This document shows, in pieces, positions 23,055 to 31,100 of a stretch of 32,000 nucleotides of DNA. Numbering within the stretch: position 1 is the first letter of the stretch; each line of letters starts with the position of its first letter. The notes below the pieces were generated by a model. It worked only from the letters and a program-made list of their open reading frames with translations. It searched no databases and had not been told where the DNA came from. The position numbers were made by a program, and so were the translations under genes. The DNA is from Kalymmatonema hyalinum WJT4-NPBG1 (GTDB lineage: Bacteria > Cyanobacteriota > Cyanobacteriia > Cyanobacteriales > Nostocaceae), in assembly GCA_019359075.1 (NCBI GenBank), contig JAHHIB010000008.1, positions 100,793 through 132,792 on the forward strand. Direction: 5' to 3'.

Positions 23055-26000
23055 ATGATTCATTCAGTTGTCATCAATCTAGGATATGGTGATTTATACG
23101 AGGGATTTCCTGTTGTGACTGCTGGGTTGTGGGCATTAAATAATCCTCGTCCGCAGCAGTTTATCGGTAGTTTACCACCAGCGCCGAATTTGGTAGAGTT
23201 GTATCGAAATTGGCAATCGATGTATCAGAGTTTGTGCGATCGCCTTTGGCGGGGCGCAGCGCATCGCCTAGGAAGTGGATCGATTAGGAATTTGGCGAAT
23301 GATGATGATGAACTAGAAATTGATGAAGGTAATATCACGAATGTCTCTGTAGTAGATTTTAATGATTTGTGCCACCAGTTACAGCTAAGTATTGATAATT
23401 GGCTGGGATCACCAGGGATTACTGGTATTAGCCGACAGCTACGCGCTGCACTTCATCCCGCAGATGAAATACGGGTAATTATCGAAACTCAAGATATTAT
23501 TATCCAAAAATTACCTTGGCATTGTTGCAGTTTTTTTCAAGATTATCCGCGTTCAGAACTTTCTTTTTCGAGAACTGAATATAAACGCACTCCTAAGTTG
23601 CAATTGTCGCAAGTTCCCAGAAATCACGCAAGAATTTTGGCAATTTTAGGCAATTCTCAAGGTATTGATTTAGAAAGAGAACAGAGGTTTTTACAAAGTT
23701 TACCCGATGCAGAGATACAGCTAGTTGTCAAGCCTTCACGGAAAGAATTTAACGATAAACTTTGGGATTCTCAAGGTTGGGATATGCTCTTTTTTGCTGG
23801 GCATAGTCAAACTGAGGAGGAAACAGGAATAATTTATATTAATGAAAATCCGACCAATAATAGTTTGACGATTGAACAATTAACAGAAGCGTTAAAAGCG
23901 GCGATTGAGAAGGGTTTGCAACTAGCAATTTTTAATTCTTGCAATGGTTTAGGGTTGGCTCATGGCTTGGAAAAATTAAACCTGCCGACGACAATTGTTA
24001 TGCGCGAACCAGTGCCAAATCGCGTTGCAGAAGAATTTTTTAATTATTTTTTACAAGCGTTTGCGTTTGAACAAAAATCGTTGTATACGTCAGTACAGCA
24101 AGCGCGACGCAGACTACAAGGATTAGAAGATGATTTTCCCGGTGCGAGTTGGCTACCTGTAATTTTTATTAATCCCGCTGAAGAACCACCAAGTTGGGTG
24201 AATCTCAAGGAAAAATTTGCATCTCAAGCTATATTGAATCACACTCAAGTAGAAAGTAAAAAAAAGCGCCAGGATTGGGGAGAGGCGATTGATGTTTCGA
24301 TATTTTACGGACGTAATGACGAAATTAACATATTAAAAAGATGGATTGTGACGGATAATTGCCGATTAATTACAATAATTGGCATGGGTGGAATTGGAAA
24401 AACAGCTTTATCTGTCAAGTTAGCAGAACTGGTGGAAAATGAATTCGATTGTTTAATTTGGCGAAGCTTACGGAATGCGCCACCAGTAGAAGAATTATTG
24501 AGCGATTTAATCAGTTTTTTATCTCAAAAACATCAAATAGTTGTAGCAAATTCCTTAGATAAACAAATATCTCAATTAATCGAATGTCTGCGTGCTTCTC
24601 GCTGTTTAGTCGTGTTGGATAATCTCGAATCGATTTTACACAGCGATAAACAAGCCGAAAATTACCTTGAAGGATATGCAGGATACGGACAACTTTTGCA
24701 ATGTGTGGGAGATACTCGCCATCAAAGTTGTGTTTTAGTCACCAGTCGAGAAAAACCTAGAGGACTTGGCGCGAGGGAAGGCGATAATTTTCCAGTGCGA
24801 TCGCTGGCATTAAAAGGGTTAAATTCTCAAGAAGGAGAATTAATTTTAGTACAAAAAGGTTTATCGCCATCAGCAAGTCAAATAAACAGCTTAGTTGAGT
24901 CTTATGCTGGTAATCCGCTGGCGCTAAAGATTGCAGCAACGACAATTGAAGAATTATTTGCTGGTAGTATTACTGATTTTTTACAAGCAGGTACAATTAT
25001 CTTCGGCGATATTTTCGATTTACTCAGCCAGCAGTTTCACCGTATTTCGATTTTAGAAAAAGAAGTTATGTATTGGTTGGCGATTAATCGAGAGTGGCTA
25101 TCTTTAAAAGAGTTACAAGGCGATATTATTGATGTTGTCAAAACGCGAGATTTACTGACAGCTTTAGAGTCTTTACAATCGCGTTGCTTACTTGAAAATA
25201 AAGCAGGTAAGTTTACTCAGCAACCAGTAGTGATGGAATATGTCATTGAAGAATTAATCGAACAAGTTACCGAAGAGATTTCTACGGGAGAAATTCAAAT
25301 CCTGAATAAATATGCTTTAATTAAAGCCCAAAGCCAAGATTACCTCAGAAATGCTCAAATTGAATTTATTCTCAAACCAATTGCTGATAAACTATCAAAA
25401 TTTTGGGTACAAAACGAAACTATTCAAAAGCATTTAAATCAAATTTTATCGCAACTAAAATCCTCTACAATACCAAAAACGGGATATGCTGCAGGTAATA
25501 TAATTAATCTCTTGCGACAACTTGATATAGAACTAAATAACTATGACTTTTCTAATCTAAATATTTGGCAAGCTTACCTGCAAGGAATCAACTTACAACA
25601 AACAAACTTTGCTAATTCCGATTTAAGTAAATCAGTATTTACCCAAAGTTTAGGTAGTATTTTAGCAGCCAAATTCAGCCCCACAGGTAAATTATTAGCA
25701 ACAGCGATTGAGAATCAAATATATCTATGGGAAGTTGACAACATCAGACAATTACTTCAACTTGACGGTCATACAGCTTGGGTGCGATCGCTTGCATTAA
25801 GCCAGGATGGTAAAATCCTAGCGAGCGGTAGTCGCGATCGCACTATCAGGTTATGGAACGTCGAAAGCGGACAATGCTTGCAAATACTAACAGGTCATAC
25901 ATCAGATGTACAATCCGTTGCTTTTAGCCACGACGGTAACACTTTAGCTAGTGGTAGCAACGATAAAACTATCAGATTATGGAATATCTCAACCGGACAA

Positions 26001-27509
26001 TGTTTGCAGGTTTTCCGAGGACATACAAATAATCTCACCTTTGTCACTTTCCATCCCCACAAGGAAATATTAATTACTGCAAGTGTCGATAAAACCGTTA
26101 GATTGTGGGATATCCCAACTGGGGAATGTTTACAAATCTTCAATATTCCGATTAATTGGGAACTTGCTGTTGCTTTAAGTCACGACGGACAAACATTAGT
26201 TACCGGAAGCGATGGTAATACGGTAAAATTCTGGGATATATCCAGTGGTAAATGCATCAAAACTCTACCAGATTACAACAGCTTTGTCTGGACTGTAACT
26301 TTTAGTCACGACGATAAAACCATAGTTACTGGCAGCGAAGATAACACAATCAAAATTTGGGATATAGAGACTGGAGAATGTCTGCAAACCTTACATGAAC
26401 ATAACCAGCGAGTTTGGTTAGTTGATTTGCATCCAGACAATCAAACTTTACTGAGTATCAGCGAAGACCAAACTATCAAACTCTGGGATGTGCGATCGCA
26501 ACGCTGCTTAAAAACATTAAAAGGGTATAGCAACTGGATATTATCTCTCGCTTTTAGTCCAGATGGTCAAACATTAGCCAGCAGTTCCCAAGACCAGAAA
26601 ATTAGACTATGGGATATTAAAACAGGAAAATGCCACTCAATATTACAAGGACACGATAACTTAATATCTTCAGTCACCTTTGCTCCTCAACATATTAAAG
26701 ATTGTCTACTAGCTAGCGGTAGTGATGACAACACCATCAAACTGTGGAATCATCAAGGCGAATGCTTGAAAACACTCCGGGGACACGAGGCTTGGGTATA
26801 TTCAGTTGCTTTTAGTCCCCAGGGGAAAATTTTAGCTAGTGGTAGTCGTGACAATACTGTAAAACTTTGGGATTGGCGGACGGGTGAATGTTTGCACACT
26901 TTAGTCGGACATCAAAATAGAGTCAAATCAGTTGCCTTTAATCCTTTCAGTAACATATTAGCAAGCGGTAGTGATGACACAACCATCAAAATATGGGATG
27001 TCAATAATCGAACTTGCTTGCAGACACTGGTAGGACATCAAGATAGGCTTGATTGCGTAGTTTTCAGCCCCAATGCAAACATAATTGCAAGTGCTAGTTG
27101 CGACAAAACCATCAAACTATGGGATGTGAATACCGGGGAGTGTCTCCACACATTACAAGCACATACCCACCGTATCCGCATGGTAGCATTTAGTTCAGAT
27201 GGTCAGATTCTAGCTAGTTGTAGCGACGACCAAACAGTAAAACTATGGGATGCCAGTACAGGTAAACATATTAGAACATTGTCAGGACATGATAAAGCAG
27301 TATGGACGGTTGCAATTAGCCTCGATAATTGCATATTAGCCAGCGGTAGCGAAGACCAAACCATCAAACTTTGGCATCTGCAAACAGGTGAATGCTGGCA
27401 AACCTTAAGATGCAGTAGACCATATGAAGGTATGAATATTAACAATACTACTGGTTTAACAACTGCTCAGAAAACTATCTTAAAATCCTTGGGGGCAGTC
27501 GAAGAATAG
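23055..27509 (+). CDS. CHAT protease - NB-ARC/NACHT-type STAND NTPase - pentapeptide-like linker - 14 x WD40 protein (1484 aa)
   Basis: The CHAT region has a His/Cys dyad: MLFFAGHSQ (His codon 23802-23804) and LAIFNSCNGLG (Cys codon 23940-23942). Walker A IIGMGGIGKTALSVKLA (24381-24404); Walker B CLVVLDNLES; then VLVTSRE. Linker: NYDFSNLNIWQAYLQGINLQQTNFANSDLSKSVF. There are 14 repeats ending in xxLW(D/N/E/H)x with GH...SPDG/SHDG cores. Confidence 0.9.
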   Translation: MIHSVVINLGYGDLYEGFPVVTAGLWALNNPRPQQFIGSLPPAPNLVELYRNWQSMYQSLCDRLWRGAAHRLGSGSIRNLANDDDELEIDEGNITNVSVVDFNDLCHQLQLSIDNWLGSPGITGISRQLRAALHPADEIRVIIETQDIIIQKLPWHCCSFFQDYPRSELSFSRTEYKRTPKLQLSQVPRNHARILAILGNSQGIDLEREQRFLQSLPDAEIQLVVKPSRKEFNDKLWDSQGWDMLFFAGHSQTEEETGIIYINENPTNNSLTIEQLTEALKAAIEKGLQLAIFNSCNGLGLAHGLEKLNLPTTIVMREPVPNRVAEEFFNYFLQAFAFEQKSLYTSVQQARRRLQGLEDDFPGASWLPVIFINPAEEPPSWVNLKEKFASQAILNHTQVESKKKRQDWGEAIDVSIFYGRNDEINILKRWIVTDNCRLITIIGMGGIGKTALSVKLAELVENEFDCLIWRSLRNAPPVEELLSDLISFLSQKHQIVVANSLDKQISQLIECLRASRCLVVLDNLESILHSDKQAENYLEGYAGYGQLLQCVGDTRHQSCVLVTSREKPRGLGAREGDNFPVRSLALKGLNSQEGELILVQKGLSPSASQINSLVESYAGNPLALKIAATTIEELFAGSITDFLQAGTIIFGDIFDLLSQQFHRISILEKEVMYWLAINREWLSLKELQGDIIDVVKTRDLLTALESLQSRCLLENKAGKFTQQPVVMEYVIEELIEQVTEEISTGEIQILNKYALIKAQSQDYLRNAQIEFILKPIADKLSKFWVQNETIQKHLNQILSQLKSSTIPKTGYAAGNIINLLRQLDIELNNYDFSNLNIWQAYLQGINLQQTNFANSDLSKSVFTQSLGSILAAKFSPTGKLLATAIENQIYLWEVDNIRQLLQLDGHTAWVRSLALSQDGKILASGSRDRTIRLWNVESGQCLQILTGHTSDVQSVAFSHDGNTLASGSNDKTIRLWNISTGQCLQVFRGHTNNLTFVTFHPHKEILITASVDKTVRLWDIPTGECLQIFNIPINWELAVALSHDGQTLVTGSDGNTVKFWDISSGKCIKTLPDYNSFVWTVTFSHDDKTIVTGSEDNTIKIWDIETGECLQTLHEHNQRVWLVDLHPDNQTLLSISEDQTIKLWDVRSQRCLKTLKGYSNWILSLAFSPDGQTLASSSQDQKIRLWDIKTGKCHSILQGHDNLISSVTFAPQHIKDCLLASGSDDNTIKLWNHQGECLKTLRGHEAWVYSVAFSPQGKILASGSRDNTVKLWDWRTGECLHTLVGHQNRVKSVAFNPFSNILASGSDDTTIKIWDVNNRTCLQTLVGHQDRLDCVVFSPNANIIASASCDKTIKLWDVNTGECLHTLQAHTHRIRMVAFSSDGQILASCSDDQTVKLWDASTGKHIRTLSGHDKAVWTVAISLDNCILASGSEDQTIKLWHLQTGECWQTLRCSRPYEGMNINNTTGLTTAQKTILKSLGAVEE

Positions 27510-27531
27510 AGCTTTAAATCACTGAACAGTA

Positions 27532-27670
27532 CCAGCCGCAGTGACGCCTGCGGGCTGGTGGGGGATTTAAACCCGCCCTCCGGGTTCGCCACTTGCTCTA
27601 CTTGGGGAAACCCCAAGACCGCAGTGGCTCACCACCAACGCTTTCGGTCCAATTGGTGTGGTGTTTCCCC
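27532..27670. repeat. GC-rich multi-hairpin segment resembling cyanobacterial dispersed repeats, just 3' of the CHAT-WD40 gene
   Basis: CCAGCCGCAG/CTGCGGGCTGG (27532-27558); TTGGGGaaaCCCCAA (27602-27616); CACCAA...TTGGTG (27633-27658). GC is far above the surrounding spacer. Confidence 0.45.
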
Positions 27671-27681
27671 CAACGATAAAA

Positions 27682-27723
27682 CTGATAACTGGTAACTGGT
27701 AACTGATAACTGGTAACTGTTAA
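27682..27723. repeat. STRR-like heptamer tandem repeat (CTGRTAA x 6)
   Basis: ctgataa ctggtaa ctggtaa ctgataa ctggtaa ctgttaa, contiguous from 27682. Confidence 0.85.
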
Positions 27724-27878
27724 AAGACTTTCAGCTTATAAGCATCCGTACAACCCTCAAGCAACTTTTGTTGCCATTACTATTACCATCACGGCTAATA
27801 TCATATCCGGCTTCCCCATCTCCAAAGCAAAATTAACTCTTAGGAGGGATATGAATGTTGTTAAAAACCATCCAAAAT

Positions 27879-27909
27879 TTGACTTGGTGTACTGAAAAAT
27901 ATATATAAT
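27879..27909 (+). promoter_or_regulatory. Sigma70-like promoter candidate (TTGACT ... TATAAT)
   Basis: TTGACT at 27879-27884. TATATA follows after a 17-nt spacer; perfect TATAAT (27904-27909) follows after a 19-nt spacer. It faces the small ORF at 27924 and the 3' end of the minus-strand WD40 gene. Confidence 0.25.
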
Positions 27910-27923
27910 ATTTTCCTTCTAGT

Positions 27924-28091
27924 ATGAATACAGAAAATCAAAAACCAAAAAAATCTGACGCAGAAGACCAAACATCTGATGATTCTCGTTCTCCTGGAGT
28001 TACAGACAGAAGCCCGAATACATCAGAAAATACATCTAAGAATAATGAGGCGAAGGAGCCTGAACAGGAAAGTACAACAAAGAAAAATTAG
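27924..28091 (+). CDS. Hypothetical 55-aa hydrophilic low-complexity peptide (below the ORF-track cutoff)
   Basis: ATG 27924 ... TAG 28089-28091. MNTENQKPKKSDAEDQTSDDSRSPGVTDRSPNTSENTSKNNEAKEPEQESTTKKN. No Shine-Dalgarno sequence. It sits only ~14 nt after the -10 candidate. Coding status is doubtful. Confidence 0.2.
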   Translation: MNTENQKPKKSDAEDQTSDDSRSPGVTDRSPNTSENTSKNNEAKEPEQESTTKKN

Positions 28092-28136
28092 GCTTAGTCT
28101 GATGGCTATAGAGTTCCCTGTTCCCCCTTTTTGTAA

Positions 28137-31100
28137 CTACTTGTTTACATTGTCACAGAGATGGCGATCGCTTTCCTCAACATCAGGGCTATGATTCAGA
28201 TAGTCACGCATCCAATTGCAAGCCCGTTCCATCAGTTCGTCAGATGATTGAATTGACCACGATTTAAAGCTACCATCGCTCCCCACAGTCGTCAGTAATT
28301 TACCATCTGAACTTAAACTAATGCTGTTAACAGCAGATTGTTTAGTCTGCCATGCTGCTAATGGTAATTGTTCTTTAGGGTCTTGCAAATTCCACAATAG
28401 TATGCGACCTGTGTGATCGCTGCTGATAATCCTTTGAGTGTCTGGGCTAAAAGTTACTGAGGTTATTCGGGGTCCATATATTTGAAATATTCTTTCCCCT
28501 TTACCTTGTAAATTCCATAAACGAATAGTACCGTCATCACCACCACTCACTATTTGCTTGCCATCTGAACTAAACGCTACACTGTTGACATCGCCCAAAT
28601 GATCTTCAAATGGTTTGCTCAAGGGTTGACCTTGCAAGTTCCACAAACGAATAGTACCGTCCTTACCACCACTCACTATTTTTTTACCATCTGGGCTAAA
28701 CGCCACACTCTTAACATCGCCCAAATGACCTTTAAATGGTTCCCCCAAGGATTGACCTTGCAAGTCCCACAAACGAATAGTACCGTCCTTACCACCACTC
28801 ACTATTTTTTTACCATCTGGGCTAAACGCCACACTCTTAACATCGCCCAAATGACCTTTAAATGGTTCGCCCAAAGGTTGACCTTGCAAGTCCCAAAAAC
28901 GAATAGTACCATCCTTACCACCACTAACTATTTTCTTACCATCCCTACTCAAACTAATCGCACTAACGCTGCTTGCATATTTTTTATTTTCAAACTTCTT
29001 TAATTCCCGACCTTGTAAATCCCAGATGCGAACCATCGTATCATCGCTGCTACTCGCCAATTGCTGACCATCTGGGCTAAAACTCACACTTCTAACTGGT
29101 CCTTTATGACCGACAAATTTCTCCAATTCCTGTTTAGGATCGACAAATTTCTCCAATTCCTGACCTTGCAAATTCCAAACCTTAACAGTACCGTTTCCTC
29201 CTGCGGTAGCCAATTGCTGACTATCCAAGCTGAATACTATATCCCAGAGTTTGTCTTGTTGTGCATTCCATTCTTCGACTAACTTACCCTGCAAGTTCCA
29301 CACTCGCACAAAGCCGTCTTCTCCAGTACTAGCAAGTAGTTGACCATCTGGGCTAAAACTAAGACCGCTTACAGGACCTTTATGACCTGCAATTTTTTTT
29401 AACTCCTGACCTTGAAAGTTCCACAACCGTATAGTGCTATCATCTGACGCGCTTGCTATTAGCTGACCATTCGGACTGAAACTAAGATTTTTGACTGGCT
29501 TTTGATGCCCTTTTAATTCTACTGATAACTCACCCTGCAAGTTCCATAAACTTACAGTACCGTTATTTGCTTCGCTAGCGACTAAGTTACCATCTGGACT
29601 AAACCCAATCCCCCACAATTTACCTTGTTGTGCATTCCATTCTTTGACTAACTCACCCTGTAAGTTCCACAAACGAACAAATCCGTCATCTCCAGCAGTT
29701 GCAACTAGCTGACCACTAGGGCTATATTTGATACTTCTTACCGAACCTTTGTGTTTTTCAAATCTCTGCAATTCCTTACCCTGCAAATTCCACAAGCGGG
29801 CTGTACCATCATCTCCACTGGTAGCCAATTGCTTACCATCTGGGCTAAACATCACACTTCTAACGGGGCGATCATAACCCTCTAGGCGGTTGCGTTCTCT
29901 AACAGTATAAACTGCTCGTTGCAGCGTTCCTTCTATTTGCTCCTGTAGCAGAGGAGGATTGAGTGGGAAGAATTTTAAAAGTCGTTTTTTAAGAGTATTT
30001 CCAGCTTGCAAAATTTTAATCATCCCATCCAAAGATTGATTATCATCCAAGCTTATTTCTGCCGATTCTCTCAATCTACTGGCTTCTCTTATCTGTGATC
30101 TTCCTAGAAAAAACAAAAGTCCAAGAGCCAACCCGCTTAAACCCAGGATTACGCCAATAGCAATCCGCCACCGCCAACTTACGTTTCGACGTTTTTGCAA
30201 AACACTACGCCCGACAAACTCAGCTTCTAACTTGTTAAACCAATTTTGCTGGGAGTTGAGTTGCTCATTTAAGACATCAAGATAAGGATTACCATTCCAA
30301 AGAAATTCTGCTGGTTTTTCTTTTGAAGACTTCTGCTGATTAGATTGCGATCGCCTCCACAGTCGAATCAACTCGGTATCGGTTTTGCTAAGTAAGTTTT
30401 CAACGGCGTAGAGTTGGCGATCCAACCAATCGATCGCAGGTTCAACCTTGGCTGGAAAACCGGATGGTTGTTCCTTGCTTTTAACACTTTGCCACTCCAC
30501 CGCAGCTGGTGTCAGTCGCCGTTGTAAAATTAAACTTTCTTCCTCATCTTGTTTCCACAGCAGCAGCTTTTGCCAACCCCGTACCAAAGCATCATGGGCT
30601 GGTTCCACATAAGGTTTACCTTCAGCGTCTTGTCCTTCTACCAGTAGACGCGCATCTGTAAAACGCCGAATCACCTCTTTGATGCGGGTATTTTCCGGTT
30701 CGGGATACTCTAGTTCGGATAAAGGTACCCGTCTACGCGCCAAATCTGGACTACCCACCGCCACCATCCGCAGCATCACCTTACGGATAGTACTAACATA
30801 TGCCGTATTTTTTTTAACTAAATTATCATATTCCCAGTCTGCTCTTTGGGTGAGACTGCGCGTTACTCCTCCCAATTGTTCGTAATCTGCTTGAGTAATT
30901 ACTCGGTCGCTTCTTGTACCTTCCCTGACACTCTTTAAGTACTTCAAATACAATTCGCTTAAGGTAAAAGAAAGTAACGGTAACGCCCCTGGCATCTGGG
31001 CTACTTCATCAATTAACTGTTCTACCAAACTGTGCGGCTCAAAATACATTACCCGCGCTGAGGCTGGTTCCTCAATGCAAGCGCGTAATTCCTCCCGCGT

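Noticed and set aside
16830-29018. Regularly spaced 126-bp repeats considered as possible CRISPR arrays.
   Set aside because: The repeats are contiguous with no unique spacers. They lie in frame inside long ORFs and translate to canonical TPR and WD40 units. No cas genes are present.
28599-29282. Plus-strand ORFs 28599-29003 (134 aa, internally repetitive) and 29061-29282, plus 27979-28194 and 30679-30885.
   Set aside because: They are antisense to the WD40/NTPase gene. The internal repetition (…LQVPQTNSTVLTTTHYFFTIWAKRHTLNIAQMTFKWF…) just mirrors the 126-bp WD40 DNA repeats.
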